DNA of 23,939 nucleotides from Verrucomicrobiota bacterium (lineage in GTDB: Bacteria; Verrucomicrobiota; Verrucomicrobiia; Limisphaerales; CANJSG01): contig JBBQXJ010000074.1 in assembly GCA_038209745.1 (NCBI GenBank), positions 1-23,939 of the forward strand. Reading direction: 5' to 3'. The notes under the pieces were generated by a model. It saw only the letters and a program-made list of their open reading frames with translations. It ran no database searches and was not told where the DNA came from. Positions 7,694-16,616 of the stretch are shown here, in pieces. Made by a program: the position numbers and the translations under genes. Each line of letters starts with the position of its first letter. Within the stretch, counting starts at the first letter, position 1.

Positions 7694-7722
7694 AGCGTGG
7701 TCGTCGTCGTTGGGGCTGACAA
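7694..7722 (-). promoter_or_regulatory. Putative promoter for cca (TTGTCA-17-CACGCT)
   Basis: -35 at 7722-7717, -10 at 7699-7694, 10 nt before the GTG. Confidence 0.35.
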
Positions 7723-7903
7723 GCACGGCATTGGGCAGGCCGACGACTTCGGCCAAGCCGCCTTGAGGGCTGTTCCAATCCAATAGGGATCGCGGGTGAG
7801 TCCGGAACGGCCGGGAGTCGCCGGAATCGCTTTTCTGGCTTCAGTCGATCCTCCGGCGGCTCGGCGGGAGCCGTCGCCCCACCGGTGCCGTTCGTTCCAC
7901 GGG

Positions 7904-10345
7904 TTACTCCCTCATCGTCGCACCCAGCGCCTGCTTCAGCCGGGCCACGAGTCCGTCGTGGGCGGAGCTGACCTCGGTGTCGGTCAGCGTCTTGTCCGCG
8001 CCCCGGTAGGTGAAGGCGTAGGCCATGCTCTTCTGGCCTTCGGGCACGCTCTTGCCATGGAACACGTCGAAGAGCTCCACGGATTCCAGGTTGGCGGCCT
8101 TGGCCTGCTTCACCGCTTGGAGCACGGCGTCGTGGGTCGTGGCTTCGGGCAGGAGGAGGGCGACGTCGCGGCGGCTGGAAGGGTAGGTCGGCAACGGCTT
8201 GAAGGACTTGGCCGCGTTCCGGCGGGCGAGCAGGAGGTCAAGGTTCAGCTCGGCGAGGAAGACGCCTTCGCGGATGTCGTTCTTGCGGGCGAGCAAGGGG
8301 GAGAGCTGGCCGAGCTCGCCGAGGATCTGCTTGCCGCCGAGCGCAATTACTGCGGACTCGATGAAGAGACCGGTCGGCTCGGGCCGGCGTTGATAGCCGA
8401 GACCGCGCAGGCCGAACTGTTCGAAGAATTCTTCGAGCAGTCCCTTGAGGTCGAAGAGGTCGAGCTTGGCGTCGCGGTCGTCGCCTTTCCAGAAGGTGGC
8501 GGCGCGTTGGCCGGCGATGGCGATGGCGACCCGGCGTTCCTCCTTCGGGCCGTTGGGCGTGTTCAGGAAACAGCGGCCGATCTCGAAGAACGAGACGTCG
8601 TGGTTCCGGTGGGTGGCATTGTGGCGGAGAGAAGCGATGAGGCCGGGGAGCAGACTGGGCCGGAGCGCGTCCATGTCGCTGCTGAGCGGATTGGCCAGGC
8701 GGACCCAATCGACGTCGGGAAGCTGGAACTCGGACTGCGAGATCAGCGTTTGGCTCTGGGCTTCGTTCAAGCCGAGACCGGTCAAGAGACGGCGGGCTTC
8801 GGCGAGCTGGTCGTGGACCAGATCGTAGGCGTTCTGGCCCATTCCGCCACGGGGTGCGGTGGACGGGATCTTGTCCACGCCGAAGAGCCGGGCGATTTCC
8901 TCGATCAGATCGACCTCGCGCTTCAGGTCCACGCGGTAGCTGGGAATCACGAAGGTTCCGGGCGCGACGAGCTGGAGACCCAGCTGCGTCAGGAAGCCGT
9001 CGATCTGCGTGGGTGTGAGCTGGAGGCCGAGGAGTTCGTTGACCTTCGCGTGGCGCAGCGTGAGCTGCTTGGCGGTCGCCGGGGAGGGATAGGCATCCAC
9101 GACGCCATCGGCGAGTTGGCCGCCGGCGGTTTCCAGAATGAGCTGGGCGGCGCGTTGGCTGGCGAAGTCGCACACGCCGATGTCCGCACCCCGCTCGAAG
9201 CGGTAGCTGGCGTCGGTGCGCAGGGCGAGCGTCTTGCTGGTGCGGCGGATGTTGGTGGAGTTGAAGTGGGCGCTTTCCAGCAGCACATCGACCGTCTGGC
9301 CGTTGATTTCCGTGTTGAGACCGCCCATCACCCCTGCGAGGGCGATGCCCTTCTGTTCATCGGCGATGAGCAGGGTCTCGGCGGACAAGGTGTGTTCCTT
9401 CTTGTCGAGGGTTCGGAACTTCTCCCCGTCCGTGGTGCGACGCACCACCAGAGTGGGTTTGCCGTCGGCGTTCTTGGCGATCAGACGGTAGTCGAAGGCG
9501 TGGAGCGGTTGTCCGGTTTCCAGCATCACGAAGTTCGTCACATCGACGACGTTGTTGATGCTGCGAATGCCTACTTTTTCCAACGCGGCGCGAAGCCAAT
9601 CGGGACTGGGACCGACCTTCACGCCCTGGATCACCCGGGCGGTGTAGCGCGGGCAGAGATCGGCGGCGTCGAGCCGAACGGAGACGAGTCTGTCGCAAGC
9701 GATGCCGGATGTCGGATGCCCGACGGCAGACGTGTCGGGGAGTTTCAGCGGATTGCCGGTGACGGCGGCGATCTCGCGGGCGATGCCGATCAGGCTGTTC
9801 AGGTCGGGACGGTTCGGGGTGATTTCGAGATCGAAGACCACGTCGCCCGCGCTGCGGCCGAGATAGGCGGCGAAGGCCTGCCCGACCGGCGCTTCCTCTC
9901 GCAGGATGAGGAGGCCTTCCTCTTTCTTGTGGCCGATGGTTTCCGGATCCAGTCCAAGTTCCTCGTGCGAGCACATCATGCCGTGCGACTCCACGCTGCG
10001 GATCTTGCCGATCTTGATGGTGAAGGCCTCCTTGTCGCCCGGCTTCGGCGGGAGGGAAGCGCCGGGAAGGATCAGGGGAATCTTGTCGCCAACCTTGAAG
10101 TTCTGAGCGCCGCAGACGATCTGGCGTTCGCCCGTGCCGTCGTTGACGCGGCAAACGGAGAGCTTGTCGGCATTCGGGTGCTTTTCCTTGGTCAGGACTT
10201 GGGCGACGACGATGCCGTCGAACTCGCCGACCACCTTCTGGACACCCTCGACTTCGAGTCCGAGCAGCGTGAGGCGCTCGGTCAGCTCTTCGGGAGACCA
10301 GGTGAAATCAACGTATTGCTTGAGCCAGTTCAGGGTGACTTTCAT
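7904..10345 (-). CDS. pheT: Phenylalanine--tRNA ligase beta subunit
   Basis: MKVTLNWLKQYV, HPNADKL, IVCGAQN, EITPNRPD, INNVVDVTNFVMLETGQPLHAFD, DASYRFERG, REVDLIEEIARLFG, C-terminal FDX-ACB (RRDVALL, ELFDVF.G). Confidence 0.98.
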   Translation of the reverse strand: MKVTLNWLKQYVDFTWSPEELTERLTLLGLEVEGVQKVVGEFDGIVVAQVLTKEKHPNADKLSVCRVNDGTGERQIVCGAQNFKVGDKIPLILPGASLPPKPGDKEAFTIKIGKIRSVESHGMMCSHEELGLDPETIGHKKEEGLLILREEAPVGQAFAAYLGRSAGDVVFDLEITPNRPDLNSLIGIAREIAAVTGNPLKLPDTSAVGHPTSGIACDRLVSVRLDAADLCPRYTARVIQGVKVGPSPDWLRAALEKVGIRSINNVVDVTNFVMLETGQPLHAFDYRLIAKNADGKPTLVVRRTTDGEKFRTLDKKEHTLSAETLLIADEQKGIALAGVMGGLNTEINGQTVDVLLESAHFNSTNIRRTSKTLALRTDASYRFERGADIGVCDFASQRAAQLILETAGGQLADGVVDAYPSPATAKQLTLRHAKVNELLGLQLTPTQIDGFLTQLGLQLVAPGTFVIPSYRVDLKREVDLIEEIARLFGVDKIPSTAPRGGMGQNAYDLVHDQLAEARRLLTGLGLNEAQSQTLISQSEFQLPDVDWVRLANPLSSDMDALRPSLLPGLIASLRHNATHRNHDVSFFEIGRCFLNTPNGPKEERRVAIAIAGQRAATFWKGDDRDAKLDLFDLKGLLEEFFEQFGLRGLGYQRRPEPTGLFIESAVIALGGKQILGELGQLSPLLARKNDIREGVFLAELNLDLLLARRNAAKSFKPLPTYPSSRRDVALLLPEATTHDAVLQAVKQAKAANLESVELFDVFHGKSVPEGQKSMAYAFTYRGADKTLTDTEVSSAHDGLVARLKQALGATMRE

Positions 10346-10370
10346 TGAGAAAAATAGGGGTCTTCAGAAA

Positions 10371-11342
10371 TCAGCAATTCTTCAAATCTTCCAAAAGAAC
10401 AGGATCCTTCAGTCCCAATAGGATGAGCAGTTTTACGACTTCGTTCAGGAAGGAGAGCACATTGTCTCTCCCTTTGAGAGCAGGATACTTCGAGTCGGGA
10501 CTTGCATTCGACTCATGGGCAATCGCGCTCCTATAGCCAAACAACTGTTTCCAGAGTGGATCTGCGGCCAGACCTGCAAATCTCTGCTGAAGATCAATCG
10601 GACGCTCAAAACGCTTTGAAAGCAGAACAAGTTTTGATCGAAGCTGATGGTTGATCGAATCCAAGGACTCAGCCAATCGCGGCTTGTGAGCAATGATGGA
10701 CTCGATTATCGCAAAATAGCCGATGACAAGCATTTCGCTTTGTCTAGGCAGGCATCTCAAATCTCTGAAGCGGTTGATCGCTTTGAAGATGGGCAGATGA
10801 TTCACACTCGCCACTTTTAAGGCGTGATAGTTCTTCGCCACCTCAGCCAGTTCGGTGCTCGAAATCTTTGGGACGGAATTTGTCCGGCAGAGCTGAAGAT
10901 CGAGAAAGAAACTTGAGAGCATCAAAGGATGAGATCGACATCCGAAGTGGTCCGAGCCGTTCATTCTCAGGAAGGAAAATCCAAGCTCAAATGAATGGGG
11001 CAGCAGAGAAGCGGCCAGATCGATCAACGATGTTTCATCGGGGCCGTCAGACATGGTGACAACGCGATACCGCCAGAGTTGAGCGTCGAGCGGATAATCA
11101 TTCCATGCGGTAGACCCAGTCTCCGTATCTACCTCTTGACGCCAGTCAAACTCATACTGAGGAGCCACCCCTGGGAAAGGTCCAATATGCTGAGACAACC
11201 TCGGTTTGATTAGATCGATTTCAAACGCATTTGCCTTTCGGAGCCAATGGCCAGCAACCAACTCGAAGGGCTGTTCGGGTTCGAGATCAAATGGCGTAAG
11301 GATGAAGCTAAATGAAGACTGCACCTTTTCGTTTCGAGTCAT
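10371..11342 (-). CDS. HEPN-domain protein (ApeA-like), putative RNase
   Basis: 323 aa from ATG 11342; C-terminal YFAIIESII...SINHQLRSKL...LFGYRSAIAHE with R-x4-H motif; AT-richer than the flanks. Confidence 0.7.
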   Translation of the reverse strand: MTRNEKVQSSFSFILTPFDLEPEQPFELVAGHWLRKANAFEIDLIKPRLSQHIGPFPGVAPQYEFDWRQEVDTETGSTAWNDYPLDAQLWRYRVVTMSDGPDETSLIDLAASLLPHSFELGFSFLRMNGSDHFGCRSHPLMLSSFFLDLQLCRTNSVPKISSTELAEVAKNYHALKVASVNHLPIFKAINRFRDLRCLPRQSEMLVIGYFAIIESIIAHKPRLAESLDSINHQLRSKLVLLSKRFERPIDLQQRFAGLAADPLWKQLFGYRSAIAHESNASPDSKYPALKGRDNVLSFLNEVVKLLILLGLKDPVLLEDLKNC

Positions 11343-11412
11343 GCTCGGAATCCAGAATTCAGAAATGCCGGTGAGATTCGCCGTAAATCGAATTGCTCCC
11401 TTTAGGCGCAAA

Positions 11413-11622
11413 CTAGGCAAAGACCAGTCGCCCCTTCGGCTCCGGGATCGGACGGCCCAACGACTTGGCGGTGGCGATCCATTGCTTGATGACGACATCG
11501 ACGGCTTTGAGCGCGGCGGCGCGGGTCGCACCGTCGGCGGCGCAGCCGGGCAGCTCCGGCACTTCGGCGATGAAGGATTGGTCGTCCTCGCTCCAGTAGA
11601 TGATGACTTCGTATTTGGTCAT
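11413..11622 (-). CDS. hicB: HicB family antitoxin (short, 69 aa)
   Basis: MTKYEVIIYWSEDDQSFIAEVPELPGCAADGAT...WIATAKSLGRPIPEPKGRL. Confidence 0.93.
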   Translation of the reverse strand: MTKYEVIIYWSEDDQSFIAEVPELPGCAADGATRAAALKAVDVVIKQWIATAKSLGRPIPEPKGRLVFA

Positions 11623-11624
11623 GG

Positions 11625-11876
11625 TCAGTCCTCCGCCAGCTTGTGCTTCACGATGACGGTGCGCACCTGTTTCACCTGATAGGGCTTGGCGTGGGGCCCT
11701 TTGGGTTGAAGGTTCAAAATCTCCTCCACACCTTGTCTGAAAAAGATGTGGTGGCTGCCTTGGATCCGGCACTCGAAGCCCAGACGTTTCAACAGAACAC
11801 AGAGCCCATCGAACGGAATGCCCGCGTCGGAGGTTCCACGGAGAATCTTCTCCAGCAGTTTTTCATGTCGGCTCAT
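11625..11876 (-). CDS. hicA: HicA family toxin (83 aa)
   Basis: LLKRLGFECRIQGSHHIF...ILNLQPKGPHAKPYQVKQV; directly upstream of hicB. Confidence 0.93.
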   Translation of the reverse strand: MSRHEKLLEKILRGTSDAGIPFDGLCVLLKRLGFECRIQGSHHIFFRQGVEEILNLQPKGPHAKPYQVKQVRTVIVKHKLAED

Positions 11877-12040
11877 GCCTGTGCGGAACCGTCCTCGGTC
11901 ACGGATGACGTGAGCTTTGTCGGCTCCATTGTGACGGGGCCATCTTGGCAAAGCCCAATCAGCCGCAACCTCTCCGGTTGGAGGCGAAAGAGGGGCTCGA
12001 CTTTGGAATGTGCTCTGAAGGGATGCATGAATTCCCGGCC

Positions 12041-12068
12041 ATTGTGGTCGGCGACCGGGAGGCGTCAA
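12041..12068 (-). promoter_or_regulatory. Putative promoter facing hicA (TTGACG-16-CACAAT)
   Basis: cgtcaa 12063-12068 and attgtg 12041-12046 on the + strand. Confidence 0.4.
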
Positions 12069-12170
12069 TCTTCTCGGTCCGACCGGGCGGAGTTGGTTGT
12101 GGGGCAGCTGGAACTTTTCCCTGCCCGGTGGTTTGACAGTCTGGGCCACCTTTGTTAGCCATGATGCAAG

Positions 12171-12530
12171 ATGAGTGAGACCGCTACAGAACCTTCCGTT
12201 GAGACCGTGATTTCCGTGACCGAACGGGCCGCACAGGAAATGCTTTCCGTCCGGGCCGGCGAACCTGAAAACACCGACAAGGGCCTCCGGGTCTATGTCG
12301 AGGGTGGCGGGTGCTCCGGCCTGCAATACGGCATGACCTTCGACGAGAAGCGCGCGGACGATGTGGTCGCCGAATATTTCGGTCTGCCCGTTTACGTCGA
12401 TGCCTTCAGTTCCAGCTATCTGAAGGGAGCCGTCATCGAGTTTTCCGAGGCTCTGACCGGTGGCGGGTTCAAGATCAAGAATCCGAACGCCCACAGCTCC
12501 TGCGGTTGCGGCAAATCCTTTGAGGCCTGA
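12171..12530 (+). CDS. erpA: A-type Fe-S cluster carrier (ErpA/IscA, HesB family)
   Basis: LRVYVEGGGCSGLQYGMTFD, NPNAHSSCGCGKSF. Confidence 0.93.
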   Translation: MSETATEPSVETVISVTERAAQEMLSVRAGEPENTDKGLRVYVEGGGCSGLQYGMTFDEKRADDVVAEYFGLPVYVDAFSSSYLKGAVIEFSEALTGGGFKIKNPNAHSSCGCGKSFEA

Positions 12531-12566
12531 GCCGTCGCGCTGGAAACAGCGCTCCGGCTGGTAAAC

Positions 12567-12600
12567 AGCCACTCCGTGAGATGCGGGGTGGCTTTTTCTT
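12567..12600 (+). terminator. Rho-independent terminator after erpA
   Basis: agccactccg-tgagatg-cggggtggct followed by ttttctt. Confidence 0.75.
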
Positions 12601-12637
12601 TGATAGGAGGAGGTCGGCCGCAGCCACCGTGCGTTTC

Positions 12638-12666
12638 TTGCGTTTCCGGCGACGCGACCGTAGCTT
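12638..12666 (+). promoter_or_regulatory. Putative promoter for the S41 peptidase-tsaD unit (TTGCGT-17-TAGCTT)
   Basis: -35 12638-12643, -10 12661-12666; same -10 hexamer as the rpe promoter. Confidence 0.5.
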
Positions 12667-12689
12667 CCCTTTCGCGGGCAATCCGGCCT

Positions 12690-14036
12690 ATGATTAAAAA
12701 GCTTCTTTTCGGTTCCACGGCACTCCTTTTGGGGTTGAATCTCTTTTTTGGCACCCGGCTCCATCTCTATGCGGGCGCGGCGGATGCGGAGAATCCCTAT
12801 GATCAATATCGGATCTTCAGCGAGGTGTTGGAGAAGGTCCGTCAGGACTATGTGGACGGCGAAAACCTGACCTACAAGGAACTCATCCAGAGCGCCCTCA
12901 AAGGCATGCTCAATTCGCTGGATCCGCACAGCGAATACATGGTGCCCACGGCCTACAAAGATCTGAAAGACGACACCCAGGGCGAATTCAGCGGCATCGG
13001 GATCGTGGTCAACGCCTCCAAGGAAGGTCGCCTCGTGGTGGTGGCGCCGATGGAAGACAGTCCCAGCTCCAAGGCTGGCATTTTGGCCGGCGACCGCTTG
13101 ATCAAGATCGACGGACGCTCGACGGAGGCGATGTCGTTCGACGACGCGGTCAAGCGTCTGCGTGGGCGGACGGGATCCGAAGTGAGCGTGACCGTGGAGC
13201 GGGCCATCACCAAGGAGGAGAAGGAGTTCACCCTGACCCGGGCCGTGATCAAGATCAGCACCGTCAAAGACATCAATGGCCGCTCGGAATTCCCGTTGGG
13301 CGAGAATGGCGTCGGCTACGTGAAGCTCACGCAGTTCGGCGAGCAGACTGCCTCCGATCTGGAAAAGGCCCTCCAGAAGCTGGAGAAGCAGGGGATGCAG
13401 GCCATTATCATGGATTTGCGCAACAATCCCGGCGGTCTGCTGGAACAGGCGGGGGAGGTGGCGGAAAAGTTTCTGCCGCGTGGGCAGCTCGTGGTTTCGA
13501 CCGAAGGGCGTGGGGCCGAGCAACGTTCCGAGTATATCTCCACGGGCAAAACCAAGCAGCGCAAATTGCCGATGGTGGTTCTGGTGAACGGCGGGAGCGC
13601 CAGTGCCTCCGAGATTGTCGCTGGTTGCCTCCAGGATCTGCAGAAGATCACCCGGGCGGTGATTCTCGGCGAGCAGACCTTCGGCAAAGGCTCGGTGCAG
13701 AGCATCGCTCCGTTGCGGGACGGTTCGGCTCTGAGACTCACAACCGCCAAGTATTACACCCCGAGTCACCGCGTGATCCATGAGCACGGCATCACACCCG
13801 ACATCGTCGTAGCCATGAGCGAGGACGACGAGCGTGCGCTCGCGATCCAACGTTCTCCCGGGAGCCTTGATCGTCTTGAGGATCCGGAGCGCGCCCGGGT
13901 GGCCGCCGTCCGCGACGTCCAGTTCGATCGTGCGATGGATCTGCTCAAGGGCATCACCCTCTACACCAAGGGCGTCCTGCCCGACGTGAAGAGGGTGGCC
14001 GACGCCAAGGCCGCGGTGCAGTCCGACGCCCCGTGA
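12690..14036 (+). CDS. S41 family C-terminal processing peptidase (CtpA/Prc-like, PDZ)
   Basis: LDPHSEY, GEFSGIGI, DLRNNPGGLL, SASASEIVAG, TFGKGSVQ; N-terminal signal/anchor. Confidence 0.95.
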   Translation: MIKKLLFGSTALLLGLNLFFGTRLHLYAGAADAENPYDQYRIFSEVLEKVRQDYVDGENLTYKELIQSALKGMLNSLDPHSEYMVPTAYKDLKDDTQGEFSGIGIVVNASKEGRLVVVAPMEDSPSSKAGILAGDRLIKIDGRSTEAMSFDDAVKRLRGRTGSEVSVTVERAITKEEKEFTLTRAVIKISTVKDINGRSEFPLGENGVGYVKLTQFGEQTASDLEKALQKLEKQGMQAIIMDLRNNPGGLLEQAGEVAEKFLPRGQLVVSTEGRGAEQRSEYISTGKTKQRKLPMVVLVNGGSASASEIVAGCLQDLQKITRAVILGEQTFGKGSVQSIAPLRDGSALRLTTAKYYTPSHRVIHEHGITPDIVVAMSEDDERALAIQRSPGSLDRLEDPERARVAAVRDVQFDRAMDLLKGITLYTKGVLPDVKRVADAKAAVQSDAP

Positions 14037-15070
14037 CGCTGCTGGCCCTCGAAACCTCCTGCGACGAGACCAGCGCCGCCGTCATCCGTGACGGGGCGGT
14101 CTTGTCCAATGTGGTCTCTTCCCAAGCCCGGCTCCACGCGGAATACGGTGGCGTGGTCCCTGAGCTCGCCACCCGCGAACACCTTCGAAACCTCACGCCG
14201 GTCATCGCCGAGGCCCTCGCTCTCGCAAAGACCGAAGTGTCGCAGCTTGACGCCTTCGCGGTGACGCGGGGACCCGGACTACCGGCGGCGTTGATGGTCG
14301 GGTTGAAGGCGGCCGAAGCGATGGCTTTCGTGCGCGGGAAGCCGCTGGTCACCGTCCACCACCACGAGGCCCACCTCTATTCGCCCTGGATCGGCGGCCA
14401 GCCGGCGCGGGCCGAGTTCGATCTGTTCGAGCCTTCTGTTTCATTGGTGGTCAGCGGCGGGCACACGATTCTCGTCCACGTGGAGTCGGAGCTGCGCCAC
14501 CGCGTGTTGGGAGCGACGATCGACGACGCGGCGGGAGAATGCTTCGACAAGGTGGCCAAGCTCATCGGCCTTCCGTATCCGGGTGGACCTCTGCTCGATC
14601 GGCTGGCGCAGGAAGGGGACCCGGTCGCCTACGCGTTTCCGCGACCGCTCTTGGCTGATCCGGGCGACGATTTCAGCTTCTCCGGATTGAAGACGTCGGT
14701 CCGCTACTTCTTGGAGAAGCGGCCGGGACTGTTGGACGATCCGAAGGCGCTGCGCGACGTGTGTGCATCCGTGCAGGCGGCGATCGTCGAGACGCTTGTG
14801 ACAAAGACACTGCGGGCGGCGAAGCGCCTGGGCGTCCGCTGCGTGACCGCTTCGGGGGGCGTCTCCTGCAACAGCGGGCTGCGGGGAGCGCTCGAGGAAG
14901 GGTGTCGGCGCCGTGGATTGCGGCTGCGGTTGGCTGAAGGGGCTCTCTGCACCGACAATGCCGCGATGATCGGCATTTTGGCGGAGCGCCAGTTTCTGGC
15001 GGGCCGCATCGAAACCGATCTGGACGCGGAGCCGAAGCCGACGTGGCCGCTCGACGATGCGGCGGGTTGA
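14033..15070 (+). CDS. tsaD: tRNA N6-adenosine threonylcarbamoyltransferase TsaD
   Basis: LALETSCDETSAAV, GGVVPELATREH, HHHEAH, VSGGHT, TIDDAAGECFDK, FSFSGLKT, CTDNAAMI; GTGA overlap with the upstream gene. Confidence 0.97.
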   Translation: MTLLALETSCDETSAAVIRDGAVLSNVVSSQARLHAEYGGVVPELATREHLRNLTPVIAEALALAKTEVSQLDAFAVTRGPGLPAALMVGLKAAEAMAFVRGKPLVTVHHHEAHLYSPWIGGQPARAEFDLFEPSVSLVVSGGHTILVHVESELRHRVLGATIDDAAGECFDKVAKLIGLPYPGGPLLDRLAQEGDPVAYAFPRPLLADPGDDFSFSGLKTSVRYFLEKRPGLLDDPKALRDVCASVQAAIVETLVTKTLRAAKRLGVRCVTASGGVSCNSGLRGALEEGCRRRGLRLRLAEGALCTDNAAMIGILAERQFLAGRIETDLDAEPKPTWPLDDAAG

Positions 15071-15076
15071 CCCGGC

Positions 15077-15934
15077 TTACTTTCCCTGGGTTCGAAGTTG
15101 CAAATGCACCCGGGCGACGTCGCCCATGTAGCCGCCAACCTGGGCGCTTTCGACGGCTTTTCTGAGCCACGAAACACTCTTCGAAGAATCGCCCATCGCC
15201 TCGTAGTAGAGTCCGAGATAGAGGCGGGCGTAGAGTTCGCCGAGAGGGCGAAGCTCCGGTCGCGGGCATTTTGCCGGTGCGGCGATCACCGCCTCGACCG
15301 ATCCGGTGCCGGCGAAGAGAGCGTGGAGTTCCTTCATCGGTGGGCGGACATCGGCTTCGTCGTAGGGGTAGATGGCCTTGATCGCGGCGTTCGTGCCGGA
15401 CTCGCGGGCGACACACAGCCAGTGCCAAAGCGCAGTCTCGCAATCGGCGCCATTGACCGTCTGGTGGGATTCGAACTGCTTGCGGCCCTCGGTGTATCGC
15501 GCGAGGTCATAGAGCACGATGCCGCGCTGCCAATGCCACGCGGCGTCCTTGGGATTGCGGGCGAGCAGGGCGTCGAAGTCTTCCAGCGCCTCGGCGAGGT
15601 GGCCGCTGCGGAACTGGCATTCCCCCCGCCTCTGGAGGAGCGCATCGGCCCCCGGATCCAGATCCATCGCCAAGGTGTAGGCCTTGATCGCTTCAGGGAA
15701 TTCGTGCCGAGCCTCGTGAACCTCGCCGAGCAGGGCGCGGAGCTTGAAGAGAATGGGCCGCTCCTTGATCTCGCGCTGGACCATCAAGAGGGCCTCGTTG
15801 GTGCGTCCGTCGGCCATGGCGGACAACGCCTGCTGGCGCAGAACGCCGAAATCGAACTCCGGCCGGTCCAAGGGCTCGGCCGCGTGCGCGGACGCGATGG
15901 CGATTGAGAGAGCAGCGAAAACACCCAGCTTCAT
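15077..15934 (-). CDS. Exported TPR protein (NlpI-like C-terminal part)
   Basis: Signal peptide MKLGVFAALSIAIASAHA; TPR helices; WQRGIVLY..ARY.EGRKQFESHQTVNGAD.E. Confidence 0.8.
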   Translation of the reverse strand: MKLGVFAALSIAIASAHAAEPLDRPEFDFGVLRQQALSAMADGRTNEALLMVQREIKERPILFKLRALLGEVHEARHEFPEAIKAYTLAMDLDPGADALLQRRGECQFRSGHLAEALEDFDALLARNPKDAAWHWQRGIVLYDLARYTEGRKQFESHQTVNGADCETALWHWLCVARESGTNAAIKAIYPYDEADVRPPMKELHALFAGTGSVEAVIAAPAKCPRPELRPLGELYARLYLGLYYEAMGDSSKSVSWLRKAVESAQVGGYMGDVARVHLQLRTQGK

Positions 15935-15941
15935 GCGCCGG

Positions 15942-15970
15942 ACCTTGCAGCGGGACCCTGTCCGGCACAA
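15942..15970 (-). promoter_or_regulatory. Putative leaderless promoter for the TPR gene (TTGTGC-17-CAAGGT-7-ATG)
   Basis: Spacing would put the TSS at or next to the ATG at 15934; no SD visible. Confidence 0.3.
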
Positions 15971-15984
15971 GCCGGTGTCGGGTC

Positions 15985-16485
15985 TCAGAACATGATCTTG
16001 CCGATGATCTGGTTCCCGGCGACGGGGCCGAAAATGGTGATCCCGCGGTTGTCGCCGATGACGAAATAGGATTCGGGTTTCAGCTTCATGGGTCCGACGT
16101 TCCACGGAACTTCGGATTCGGTGTAGGGCTCCTCGATGGGCTTGCCGTTCACCAGCACTTTGCCTTGGCGGATGGAGACGGTCTCGCCCGGGAGGCCCAC
16201 GACGCGCTTGATATAGATGACCTTCGGATCCGACGAGCGGACTCCGACGACATCGCCCCGGACGGGCACGTCCTGGGAGTAGGCCCATTTGTTCACAAAA
16301 TTCAGGCCTCCGTCCTCGTAGTTCGGGAGCATGCTGTTGCCGCTCACGCGGATGGGGACGATCAGCGTGCGGAAGCCGAGGATGGTAATGGCGGCGATGA
16401 GCAGGGCGCGGTAGATCGCCATGTCGGAATTGTTCCCGAAAAGCCACCTTTTCCAGATCGTCCGTTCAAAGTTGAGGGTCGGCAT
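15985..16485 (-). CDS. lepB: Signal peptidase I (short form)
   Basis: One TM helix, VSGNSMLP (catalytic Ser), RGDVV, YIKRVVGLPGE (catalytic Lys), YFVIGDNR. Confidence 0.9.
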   Translation of the reverse strand: MPTLNFERTIWKRWLFGNNSDMAIYRALLIAAITILGFRTLIVPIRVSGNSMLPNYEDGGLNFVNKWAYSQDVPVRGDVVGVRSSDPKVIYIKRVVGLPGETVSIRQGKVLVNGKPIEEPYTESEVPWNVGPMKLKPESYFVIGDNRGITIFGPVAGNQIIGKIMF

Positions 16486-16616
16486 AGCGTTGTTTCTCCG
16501 GGGGACGTCGCGTTTCCCACCGTTGCATCGACGACCCGTTGGAAGCCTGAAGTGTTCCAACGCGTGAAATGCAAAAATGGTTTCTTCCAGCCGGAGTGGC
16601 TGGCACCGTTCGCGGC

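Noticed and set aside
7730..7903. ncRNA/tRNA in the pheT-cca intergenic region
   Set aside because: Only a short GC hairpin (~7853-7876); no cloverleaf, T-box or riboswitch signature recognised.
7796..10348. 850-aa + strand ORF opposite pheT (also 1214-2551, 6037-7719, 19492-21486, and the part of 11625-13850 upstream of hicA)
   Set aside because: Antisense shadow ORFs expected in high-GC3 DNA; the opposite strand carries clearly recognisable genes.
12133..12161. erpA promoter with perfect TTGACA
   Set aside because: The -35 is perfect, but the hexamer at 17-bp spacing (TAGCCA) lacks the conserved final T; not called.
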